A stretch of 64,000 bases of DNA from Podarcis pityusensis (taxonomy: Eukaryota): the NCBI GenBank assembly GCA_964106645.2, contig OZ067043.1; one strand, written 5' to 3'. The notes under the pieces were generated by a model. It had not been told where the DNA came from. It did no database searches and saw nothing but the letters and a program-made list of their open reading frames with translations. Positions 48,076 through 60,197 of the stretch are shown here, piece after piece (positions within the stretch are counted from its first letter, which is position 1; each line of letters starts with the position of its first letter). Both the position numbers and the translations under genes were made by a program.

Positions 48076-51000
48076 CTAACACTACATGCATAAACTCTGC
48101 CTGCTTCCATTCCAGCCGCCTGCTCCTACTGGGTAGGGCTGCACATGGAAGAACAACTGTCACTCTCCTGCATATGAAAAGTCCTTCAACAAGTTGAACC
48201 ATTGATCCATCTATCTAGGACTCCTTTAACAAAACTACAACAACTTCGGTCCCAGTGACACAAGTGAAGATCAAAATCAGGAGGAAGCATTCACAGGTGA
48301 TAGCTGGGGTCTGCTATGATGGTTTTGTAAACAAAAGCAGCACTAACATCATTTTTACTAATGGTTAAATGTAAACAATTGTCCAAGCTAAGCTAGGGCA
48401 CATTAAAGTGGGTTTATAAACAGATCCTTCGAAGTACAGCAGGTGGGCATTGCCACGCTAATCTCCTAATCCTTCCACTATGCTATCAAAACTATTGGGG
48501 GAGCGATGTGAGCTATGCACGCCAGTGGATGTGCTGAATCAGTTCATCGGAACCACTCTCTCCAAGCCTTTCCTACTCCCACTGAAACTAATTTATCAGC
48601 TGATGCAAAGCCTATTGATGTCACATACCAGTTCTCACTGCAAAGAATTGTGCTTTTGAATCTCCCTGCTCTAATAACTACAGAGAATCAGGAACAACCG
48701 CAGCCAAGGGGGGAAATCCAAGTCACATCCAACAGTTTTTATCGTTCTTGGTATCCACACCATACTGCCAATTTTGCAGTGGTGAAGACTCACTGGTTTG
48801 CGACCAACTGCAGAGGCCCTTATCCAGGATCCAAATAAACAGGAATTATGTGGTTCATTTAAACAAGAGGTAAGATTCAAAATAGCATCATGTGGCAGGC
48901 AGTGATAATTATCAGGATTGCAGGGAGGGTGCGATTTAAGTCTTGGCGCCAAGGGGACAGTGTCTCCCAATGCAAATAGTACCTCCAGATGAAAGATTTT
49001 CTATGGGGAAGCAGCATGAAATGAAAGGGTTAAAATCCCTTTTCCCCACTGGCTGCTATCCTGATAATTATTAGCTCTCCCCCAGCTATTATCTGCATTA
49101 AAAAACAACAACAACAACAACCATGTGGGTTAAATGCAAAGCCTGATTTAATGCCTAATTTGGCCCTCAGACTGATCACCTTTAAAGGCTAATCATGCAC
49201 ATGCCAGGGAATTAGTTGAAGAAGATGCTTGCTGGTGTACAGTCTGCTCTGTGATGCCAGAAAAAGAAAAGGCTGGGTTTTGGAATACATTGCCTAGGAC
49301 AGACTTAGCCAAATCTTCAGAAAGCTTCTTTGTAACCTTAAAACGTGTGAGGATATTTCTCTCTCCCCTTAAATGGGCTCCCTCCAAAATTCTATTTGAC
49401 TTTTCCATGGGTTTGTGTTTGTGAAAGATTCATGCCAAATGAGTAAAAAAAAAAACCAAAAAGGACATCACAAAACTTATCCTTTTAAGGGAAAGGAGGG
49501 TGAGAGCAAGTATTCTTTCTCAAAAGCTGGCTCACACGCTACTCTAACCCTTAATGGCATTTCAACAAAGGCCTTGAAATACACAGAACCAAGCGCTCCT
49601 TCACACACAAGACTTTTGTCCTCAGTAGGTAGCAGCTCTGTGTAGGAAGGAAGAACTGCACACAAGGTTTTACACAGTAATGTGTACCTGTGACAAAATA
49701 GACATATAGTAATGTGCATTCTTCACAGATGGTGTACAAGTTTTTGTTCCGTATTGTGACAATTGTAAGTGCAGGAGGAAAACAGCATTTTATCTTATTG
49801 ATGTCTAATTTAGCCCTCAGTCCTTGGTTCTTGTTTTTCATGAGACAGTCATTAATGTGAATATTTACCTGGTCTCTGGGGGCCCTTCCTCTACTTGACT
49901 GAAGAGGCATAAACATCATAATGAGACAAAGTTGGACCTGTAAACTTCACAAGATTTATTTAATTGAGCACTGGCTTTTCCAAAATTTGAAAAGTGTTGT
50001 CTCATAGATAGTAGAGCGAAACCTTCAATAAGATCAATGCTAACAAGATAGTCTTTAGGGATCCTAGAGTGAAACTAGGGCTTCCATGTCTTTCAGATTA
50101 GTTATCACTTTAGCCTCCCACCATCAACAATAGTGCCTATAGGGTAGTCAATATTGTGCCCTTCAGACTTTGTTGGACAATAACTCTCATCAGCCCCAGC
50201 CAGCATAGTTATGGTCAGGAATTATGGGGGCTGTCATCCAAAACATATGGGGGGCACCATGTTGCTTATGCCCACTTTAATGAACTACAAGTAATGCATT
50301 AGTTGGTCTATCTTAAGCAAACAGCAGGTGGTACAAAGTGTGCCAGAAACAGAAATGTCAGTTATTAGGATACACCCAAATCATTCTGTCAGGAAATCCA
50401 TGTCAAAAGGCAAAATAAGGGAACAAACCAGTCTCACCATCCAATCTTACTAAGGGCAGATGGATTCTACATAGAACCATGAGCAAGATTCAAAGAACAA
50501 GGTCCACCAGCAGGACCAAGCTAAACCTCTGTCCTACCTTACCATTCTTCTCAGGCCATCATAGACTTCAGTAAAAGAGGAACAGAAAACAAACCCACAA
50601 CAAAAAAGAAAGTTCAGGCACTAAAAAGATTCAGCTCGCCAAGTTGTCAGAGTGGTTTGTGCCTCAGTTACCCTTTGGTGACTTGTGGGTTGTGGTTTGT
50701 CTGTCTTGTTAAAATAGGAAGTACTTGAGGTAGCAGACTCTATGCCACCTCCGGACTTCCCAGTCTCCTTCTCTCTTACTTGTTTTTTGATAAGCAGCTT
50801 CCCAAGATGCGATGAGTCTGTCTTCTTTTCCCTACTGCTCAGTGTGCATGCATTGATCAAATTAGTGCCAATCAGAATGTAAGGAGAGGGAAAAGCAATT
50901 TCCCTCTTTCTTTGAACCAGGGCAAAAAAATGAGTGTGGTTGCAGTCTTGGTGTATTTCCTGAGTTTAGCAGAGTTTTAACCCAAATCTTCAGTGGGCCA

Positions 51001-52307
51001 AATTGGACATAACCATCATTCATGTGTCCACCCTATTCAAATGGAAAGCAGGGGATAGAGCTGGCAAAAGGGGCCATTAACCTTTCACCTCTCATGCCTT
51101 ACCTCCTGAAAGCTGATTGCTCCAGCCAGGTTTCCACCATTCCTGGGCCCAATACCAGAAGTGAGCTACGAATGAGCAGAAATGACTGAAGTAGTGAACT
51201 GGAAGGATATAAGGCATGGCAGGGTTAGAACTTTTCTAGATGCTTAATTGCCACTAACTAACTAACTAACCAACCAACTAACCACTACCTGCCATCTTCT
51301 GCTAGAGTCTCCATATGTCCTTCCAATAATTGGGGGTGTGAGATTATGCGGGAGAAGGATTTCCACACAGGCCTCAGTGGACCTCAAGTAAAACTGGCAA
51401 ATACTTGGCTTGGATCCACAGATTTTTTTTTCCATGGAACAAAGTCCACTTATGATCGATGTGAGACTACTCCCAAGTGATTTAGTGAGTCGCATCAATT
51501 ATCTGTAATCAATTAAAATGCTTTCTCCCCCCCCCTTTCATGAGGGGGGAGACTTTCTGGGAACGAAGCATTTATCCTCTGAGGATCTATGAGGGCTGCC
51601 TGAGCGAGAAATACTGTTAACTGCATTCAAATGACCAGTTTACCAAAACCTTCTGGGATTATGGTATTCTTTTCTCAATGCTTTCCTCAAAACCATGGCG
51701 ACAGACTCTCTTTTGCTAAGGAGATCTTAGCTTGAAGTTCTTGGCCGGTTGCCATGGATACCAGGCTTATACAATGCCTGCACTGAAAAGCAACAGTGGG
51801 AAAGACAGCGAACTCGGGCTTCTGTGCAAATTACGGACAGCAGGGACTGACCTCTGCTAACAACTTTTGCGGCTGGGGGGGTGGGGTTGGGGAATGCCTC
51901 CCCTCCCCAGGACTGAAACAAATTTCAAAGAGCTGGAGCACACACATACTTCACGTTCTGTCCGTATTTCGGCCCTTTTTGAATTAAATGCTTAACCAAA
52001 TTCATTAAAAGGAGGGGGAATCTGCCTCCATTAGGTCTGGAAACAGAATTAACTTGCATGCTTTGGACGCTATTATAGCACAGGCAGAATCAGACCCTTG
52101 GGCAACTCAATGGTTTTCTTTAAAAAAAAAAAAAAAGGTTTTCAACATGATTGCACTAAGGACCAGTTTAGAAGAACAGCATTTTGGGATTTAAACATGT
52201 GATACAGTTTTGCCACTCACTTGTTGTCAAGTGCAGTGGGTAGCTAAAGGGTGTGTGTGTGTGCAGCAATCTGTCAAAATACTAATATATTACAAGGCAA
52301 AGAGTTA

Positions 52308-52892
52308 CCGTATTTTTCGCCCTATAGGACGCACTTTTTCCCCTCCAAAAATGAAGGGGGAAAGTGTGTGCGTCCTATGGGGCGAATGCAGGCTTTCGCT
52401 GAAGCCTGGAGAGCCCCACCGCCAGCCCCACAAGCTCGGGGGACAGCGGGGAGGTGCAGCGTGCCTTTCCCACTGTCCCCCGACTTGGTTAGAAGGCTGG
52501 CAGGGGGGAGAAGCCTGCTCCTCCCCGTCGCCAGCCCCGCAAACTCGGGGGACAGCGGGGAGGCGCAGCGCGCCATCCTGCTGTCTCCCGACCTGGTTTG
52601 GAGGCTGCCGGAGGGCTTCGCCCTCCCCCAGCCCCGCAAGCTCCCAGAGCGATGCCAAAGCTGCGTGCAGCTTCGGCATCGCTCTGGGTCCCGTTCTGGG
52701 GGCTGGGGGAGGGGGAAACTCGGGCTTGCGGAGAGCTTCCTGTTCTGGGAGCTGGGGTCGGGGGAAGCTCAGGCTTCCCCCGCCCCAGCCCCGCGCCTGG
52801 GGGGGGGAAAATAATTTTTCCCCCTTTATTCCCCCCCCCCAAATCTAGGTGCGTCCTATGGGCCAGTGGGTCCTATAGGGCGAAAAATACGG
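52308..52892. mobile_element. Tc1/mariner superfamily (Tc2-like) non-autonomous element, 585 bp, GC/CpG-rich
   Basis: Perfect 23-bp TIR CCGTATTTTTCGCCCTATAGGAC with TA TSD; subterminal GTGCGTCCTATGGG repeats and an internal duplicated ctcgggggacagcggggagg. Confidence 0.93.
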
Positions 52893-55800
52893 TACTAAAG
52901 CCACTGTCCACAAAACCTCAAGTTGGTGATCAACAGAAGCACAGCAGTCTAGGCAGCTGATTGCACCAAATAACACAAAATTAGCTTCTGAAGCACCACT
53001 GTTTTCACTTGAAGTTCCAACTGACAGGTGTCTGTATTATTTATTTATTTTAGTGGGAAACTTGGAAAGGAATCTCTCTGAACCACCACTAATACAGGAT
53101 CCTCTCTAGACAAGTTTCTCAGACTCTGTGACCTTGCCTGTCTTCTACTTTCTGCCCTCCTCACCCAACCCAGGGCCACCCTGTTCCACAGCAGAGCATG
53201 CAGAGATCCTTGAAGGCAGACAAAACAACTCCATGCTATCAGAGGAAGGTTAAAGATGTACCAATAAGCTCAGTTGTTGTTTTTTGGGGTGGTTTTTAAA
53301 ATTTATTCTGGTACTCCCTGCAATATAGGGATGTCATAACACTTTGCACCCTTCCATTCCTGGTGTCAGACTGTAATACAAGAGAACGTAGATAAGCATA
53401 AATGTGCTTGAAACTTTGAAAAATGTTACTAAAGGCTGGAACTACACTCCCTTTTCTCTAGAGAGAGAGGCATGGGAAGGGATAGGACACACTGATTTGT
53501 CTAGCACTAGGTCTGTTGTTTTGTCCAGTAATTAGGGCAAGGACCACAAGTTGCCCAGGTGTGAAATAGATGCTAAGCAATGCAGCAATGGTTATATTAG
53601 CTGCATCAGTGACACAAGATTGCTGTGACAATTATTTTCTTTCACTTGCAGGGCCCTTTCTAGCAATTCTAACGCAGCTGGGGATGGGTTATAGTGTGCA
53701 TATGTGGGGGGTGAGTTGTGCTTGTGTATGAGAGAGTGGGGTTACGTGTCTCTTAAGTGTGTGACAGAGGCAGGGAGGGTGTGTATCTGTGTATGAGGCA
53801 TACAAAGATGTGTGTGTGTGTGTGAGAGAGAGGGGGGGATGTGGTGGTGAGGGGTACGGCTAGGCAGTGCTCACTGGCATGTAGTTTCCGACTGACTGCC
53901 CACTGCTGCAAGTGTCCCTCAGAATCAAAATGATTGCCCACTTCTGCTCACCATTTTAGCCTACCTATCCCTTTTAGGCACCTGCTAACTTAGCATGGAA
54001 GGCTAGTTCATTAAAAACAACAAGCATAAGGTCAAATACACCAGGGTGAGAATAGAATTCATTTGTGAAGTCCCTGAATTCACTTGTCCAGGGCCTGTTA
54101 TTTTCCTGCTTATCTGTTCTCTCCTCAACATTCCATCACCCATTTAGTTTCCCAGGATTCATCAGGACTACAGCTGACAAAGTCTTCAAAATATAGGACC
54201 TTGCATACAACATTGTAAAGTGTGAGTTACCCTACTCCTTTCCTTCCTGCTTCTACTGCCCACTCTACAATGATATCCAAACTGTCGCCTCTTTCCAGTC
54301 TCATCAAAACTGTTATTCCTTGCAGGCTGCGCCATGCTGCTTCTTAAAACTCTGCCAAAAGGTACGTAAAAGACTCATCTGATCTTTGGAGTCTGGAATG
54401 AATGTAATGAAAAGAAAGGAAGAGGTTCGCATCATCCACTAATGTCAGCCACAGGTTTCTGACGTTTAACCAATAGGTTCTGATTCCATCATTTTAGAAG
54501 CACTCTATTACTTCACCAACACTCCTTTTAACACAATGCAACTTTTAACGCAATGATAACACAATCATGCACTGATTCACTTGTCAGATATTGCTAAACC
54601 TTGTCAGCAGCACATTGCCTGTAGGCACTGATAATGCAGAGGAGAGCTAATTCGAATTGTCCCAAGACAATTTATTGAGGAAGTCCTCTTGCTAAGCAAA
54701 CACTCTGTGATGAAATCATATACAATATACACACACAGCTCATTATTTTGCAAGTTGAATCAATTAACTTCCCCAGCAAAATCAAGAACAAGTAAGAATT
54801 TTCAGGCTGAGTCATATCAATGGTCCATAAAGCTTCTTGACAAAAGATCAGACAAGATGCAGGTTCACAATCAGAACACAATAATAGTGATATACATTCC
54901 TAATAGTTACACTCCAGCCCAAGGTATGAGCTAAAGGAGTCAACCTGCCAACCTGGTGCAGTCCATTCATTTTGGACTACAATTTCCATCAACTCTAGCT
55001 CTGAAAAAAAATCTCAAAATGGAGATTGAGTTTGGCTTTTGGGGTTAGCTTCCACTGACAGGCCTAATACCCAGTCAATCAAGTATCTTTAAAAAAAGCT
55101 TATTGGATAACATAAGAAGTAGAGTTTTATGGGGCTCAAGACTGAGAAAGTGACTGATTCATTTGATCTACTCCAGTTTGATTTTCTTTTTAATTACAAG
55201 TTGTCACTAGAGGGTTTTTTTTTCTCCCTTAACCATGAGCATAAAAACTGTCGGCCAAATCCATCTAAAGGTGGCTTAACTCTCTGTTTTATCACTTGCC
55301 TACTTTTTCAAAGCAATCACAACTTCTGGCAATTTCACATGCTTCTCCTGCCGTTTAGAGTCCTTAGACTTGTAACTAGTTGAATCATCCACCAATCAAG
55401 TGAAAGCTATACCTTCTGAATTTCTTTTGACAGCTGTCAAAACAAAAGCCTCATGCACAGAAGCCTGATTAAGGGGCTTAGTTTCCCACCAGCAAAAGAG
55501 CCTACACATTGTGGGAATGTATAAACTCTGGTATGCTGAAAGTTGCAAGATATGCAAGGGATTAAAAAACAGAATGAAATGAAAGCATGTTTGAAATACG
55601 GCACAATGCGGTGCCTCTGCAATGTAGGCCTTCAGGTGCTGATCCCATTTCAACAACAGTGAAATTGCAGGACCCTTCCTCAAAAGTTCATGTAAGTACA
55701 TAAGATTATTTCATGACATCGCCTTCAAATACGCAAACATAAACTACCCTGGGTGTTAAAGCATTCTCCCCAGTGTTTCAGTGGTCCATTCTCCTTCCAG

Positions 55801-58800
55801 CATAAAAGGGAAATCTGGATGACTGGGGAGTTGTCATCATTCCCATATAAGGTCTTACTGTATCAGAACTACTAAAACAAGAAGGACTTTATTTTCTCCT
55901 AGTGGCAACCATATTGGCACACCATTCAGGGTTCAAAGCTGGCAATGCAATATGTGTAGAGAATTAAGCTGGTTGACAGAGGTACAAAGTCTGTTTCGTG
56001 AGCACTCAAACACACCTGTCTTTTAACACCTTCTTCCAACTTGTAAAAATGGAATTGTTGATAATGGATTGTCCACTGGGATGTTATCAGAACCTATTAT
56101 AAGGTGTGGTTTCAAATCAGGCATGCAAATATCCTGTCACCTTGGAAACACAGTGCCAATAGGAACCTGCCTTAAAACAATTCAGACTATTGAAACAACT
56201 GGGAAATTAGTATTGTTTGCAAGGATTGGCAATGCTCGCCAGCATTTCAGGATTGGTTTCCCAGGCTTACCTAGAGGGTAAGTCCTTTCCCTTGCAGCCT
56301 GAGTGAATATTGGGAGCATGGGCTATTTATATCCTGTGGTTCCACTATATCTGGTACACAGAAGGGTGAAAAGGCGCTGGAAAAATGGCAGTGGCAGGAA
56401 AAAAGGGGAACTGGGCAACATTGCCAGGGGCTGCAAAACTCCTCCTTACTATTTTGAGACTGTTTCCTGTCCTTCACAAGCCTTACTTCTCAGGAATAAC
56501 CAATATCTATATTAAAAAGCTCGTTTTAGTATGATACAGAACAAGCATTTGCTGATGTAAATGGAACCAGCAATCAATGCTGAATCAAACATACCAAATC
56601 TGTCATAATCTTAGACTGTGGCTGCCAGTGCTTCTCCAGGTTGATCACAGCTTGAATAACTGGCAGTAGGGAAGTACAGCTGCTATAACAACATCAGTAG
56701 CAAGTGGGGAGTCCATTCTATTCCATGGAGCATAGAGAAGGGGCCCTGCTAGCTGAGGCTGATGGGAATTAGAGTCCAACTTCTGGAGGGCCATAGGCTC
56801 CCCAGCCTTGGAGTAACCAAACAGCTGTCTCAATAGAAGAACATTTCTTATGCCTTAGGGTGAAATGCAGTTAATGATGAAACACAGAAATGGGCTAAGC
56901 AGAACTAATATTTCATATGCTCCAGTACCAACTATAAGAAATGGATTTATTATGTAATAGAAAGCAAGCTAGATTAGTGAATTATTGATTTCATGAGATC
57001 TTATATACTTCAGGTTGCAGACCCGTTTCCTGTCTATTCTTTCTCTTTTGGCTATTAAATCAATTCAGGAATCCAAAATTCTTAAAGGAGACCCGTTATT
57101 TCTCAACATCCCCCATATAGCATTTGTCCTCTGTTCCAGGCACCAACACTTTAGGATGACATTTACTTTGGAAGTTATTCTTACAAACCACTAAGTCCAG
57201 CAGAGCTCACACAAGCAGAAGAGATAGCAAGCACATTATCAGCTCGTTATCCCCTCGGTTGCTCTTGTTGAGTAATTGGCTGGTATAATAAAATAAAGCT
57301 CAGTAGCTGAATCTGGATGGCAACTGTGACATGGATATACAAAGTTGCCAGTCCAAATACTGCCCTTCTAAGAGGAGCAAACATTGAAAGTGTTTCAGCA
57401 AGCCTCAGACAAAATCAAGCAAGATGCTTTATATTACACAGAGTTGTAAAAAGCCTGGGGAATATCTAATGCCACCATTAATACCTCAAGTTATTCAGGG
57501 TATAAATAAAAGCAAAACCATGGAAAAAATAAAGTTTAATCTAATCAACCATCTCTGATGTAACTTCTCACAAGGTTGCAAACAGTCCTAAACCAAATGG
57601 GCAAACATTTCTATGATGAGGTCTATTTGAAGAATAATCCTGGTAGGAAACAAGGGCTTCAGAAGCAAAATATATTCAACCAATTCATCAATAGAAAGTA
57701 AATAAATTCCTTGCCTGGAAATTTATTAATGACTTTAATTATTCTTAATCAAAATCCAACTTTTCCACCATTCAGATAAACAGTTTTCTTAATGATTAGG
57801 AGTAGAACATGAGAAGAAACATTAATTCACACTAGGAGTAGTTTGTAAGTACCAGTTGTAGCCAATTATTTCTGACATCCAATCATAAGAAATTTAAGAC
57901 TCAGTTTTTCCTGCTATTAATTGGCTCCAGGTAGTCTATACAAAACAATAGTCCAACACAGGATTTATTTTTATAATCATTATTTTTCTTTTTTTCTTCT
58001 GCATCTGTGAATAATAAAATGGAACATTCAGGTGCTTTTGTGAAACATAGAAAACGAATTATTACTAAGATGGCAAGGAGGAGAAGACGTATACAAACCT
58101 GACCCATCATTCCAAATTTATAAGTATAATTGTGCAATTCATAGATGTTTGCTCAGCATTTACTCCCAGGTAAAATATCTGTAGGATTCTATGTACATGT
58201 GTAGAAGATTTCACTTTAAATTCCTTATATTCAACCAGCCTAGCATCTCTATACCTGGGTTCTATCATACTGAAAGCTAAATATGTTCTAGCTAAGTAAT
58301 AAAAGAGAACTAATTTGAATATGCAAGGTCTTTTACCATCTTTAATTAATTTTCACTCACAACGTTATTGTTCCTGTTTTAGATATTGGAGGCTGAGGAA
58401 TAGCAACTTGCCACTCAGTGTTATGACTCAGGTGGAACTTTCAATAATCCATTAACTCTGAACAAAAGTTATTTAACATAACACTAGATCTTCTCCAACA
58501 AGCTCTGGTTTTCCTTAACTAAAAAGCACTTGTTGCTTCAAACAGCCATGTGAAAAGCAAAGTGTCAAGTTAGGATTAGATCAGAATCAAGGGCTTTTGC
58601 AATCCTGCAGGAATATCTCCAATATGTAACCTGCACTGAGGAGGAAATGCACTTCTAACAATACATCATCTGAAAAGCTCCCAAGAACCTTTGCTCTTGA
58701 CATGCAGCTGATAGCACAATCCTACCCATGTTTATCTAGAAATAAATCCAAAAACCTTCAAGGGGACTTACTCCAAGTAAGTGTCCATGGGATTAAAGTC

Positions 58801-59466
58801 TGAAGCACAGAATAATTTTGCAACACAGCAGGTACTTAAGAAGCTCATTCATTCCCATCACTGATAGAACACTATGTAATTGTACTGCACTCACTACACA
58901 TATCTGGATGACTGAATGAGCTGAGTCTTCTTCAAGTGTTCAAAAGGAATGAAGAGCTCAAACTAGGGAGAGGAATGGCAGTGTGCACGCTGGCCCAACC
59001 CCCAATGTCTCCAGGTGCGCTAGGGGCACCTAGTCCATCCATCTTCCTGCGCTGAGTGCAGAGGTCTGAAGGGAGCTTCTACATGCTTGGCTAAATGCTC
59101 TTAGAAACATTCCTAAAAGCAAAGTGGCATACATTCTGCACATCCTGGGATTGTCGATGTGTGAAAGAGTGCTGGCAGTCTCCCAATGCAAGAATAGCAT
59201 GTGGATCTCTCGGAAGATATGCAGTTAGGTGTTAATGGCATGGTTAAACATAGGGCAGGTAGTAAATTCCCTTGTTCTTCTCACATGTGCACATGTATCA
59301 CTACCACTCTGAAGATGTTGTTTGACATGTCCAGGTCTACAGCCACTGTTATAGCACGGTGAACAAGTGAAGTGAGGGGGGGCGGGGACCACAAGGCACT
59401 GGCTACAGAGCTGTGAATATCTGCTAGCAGGTTCTCACACCTGGTCCCCACACCATATTGATGGCA

Positions 59467-59751
59467 GCTGGGATAACTCATTTGGCAGAGCAGTGTTTCC
59501 CAAACTTGGGTCTCTAGCTGTTTTTGGACTACAGTTCCCATCATGCCTGACCATGGGTCTTGCTAGCTAGGGATGAGGTAGTCCAACAATAGCTGGAGAC
59601 CCAAGTTTGGGAAACACCACGGTAGAGCAATAGATTCTTCATCTCAAGGTTGTGGGTTCGAGCCCCATATATTGGGCAAAAGATTGCTGCATTGCAGGAG
59701 GTTGGAACAGAAGACCCTCGTGGTCCCTTCCAACTCTCCAGTTCTATGATT
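59467..59751 (+). mobile_element. tRNA-Lys-derived SINE with CR1 3' tail (Squam2-like), split by a hAT MITE
   Basis: After removing 59491-59619 and one TSD copy, the head aligns to tRNA-Lys (…CTCA-TCGGTAGAGC…TCTT-ATCTCA-GGTTGTGGGTTCGAGCCCCA…TTGGGC); CR1 tail gtcccttccaactc…ttctatgatt. Confidence 0.8.
59491..59619. mobile_element. Palindromic hAT (Charlie-like) MITE
   Basis: TIR CAGTGTTTCCCAAACTTGGGTCTC / GAGACCCAAGTTTGGGAAACAC; 8-bp TSD TGGCAGAG/CGGTAGAG. Confidence 0.88.
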
Positions 59752-59789
59752 TGTGCACTCCTGGAAAGCAGGGATAAATAGAGTTAGGC

Positions 59790-60197
59790 CATGCAATCTG
59801 ATCCCTTGCATGCTCTCTTTGCACCTCAAAAAAGGAGCTGGAAAAGATGCAGAAAGGGTAACCAAGGGGGCTGGAGGCTACAACTTTTGGGGCTTTTAAT
59901 TTGGAGAAAAGATGGGGCAGGGAGATAAAGGGGTACTTTTCCGCGTAGCACCTTAATTGAATGAAGGAATTCACTACCACAGCATGTAGCGATGGCCACC
60001 AATTTGGAAAGATCTAAAAGCAAATTAGACAATTTCATGCATGATTAGGCTTTTAATTCCAGTATAAGAGGCCATATGACACCAAATACCAGTTCCTCAA
60101 GGGTTTCCCACCGGCATCTGGTTGGCCACTGTGGGAACAGAATTCTGGAATAGAAATGCCATTGGTCTGCTTTTGTAGGACTCCTCTTATGTTCTTA
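59790..60197 (+). mobile_element. Decayed CR1 LINE 3' fragment (ORF2 end plus 3'UTR)
   Basis: gagctggaaaagatgcagaaagggtaaccaa (ELEK-Q-R-TK-like), ggaattcactaccacag…attagacaatttcatg and a cttatgttctta tail; related inverted piece at ~34020-34120. Confidence 0.7.

Noticed and set aside
52210-52960. Several long overlapping ORFs up to 212 aa
   Set aside because: Artefact of the GC-rich MITE interior; low complexity, no transposase (DDE/D) motifs.
59467-59680. Functional tRNA-Lys gene with an intron
   Set aside because: The interruption is a MITE in the D-arm, the stems are mutated, and it continues into a CR1 tail; it is a SINE.
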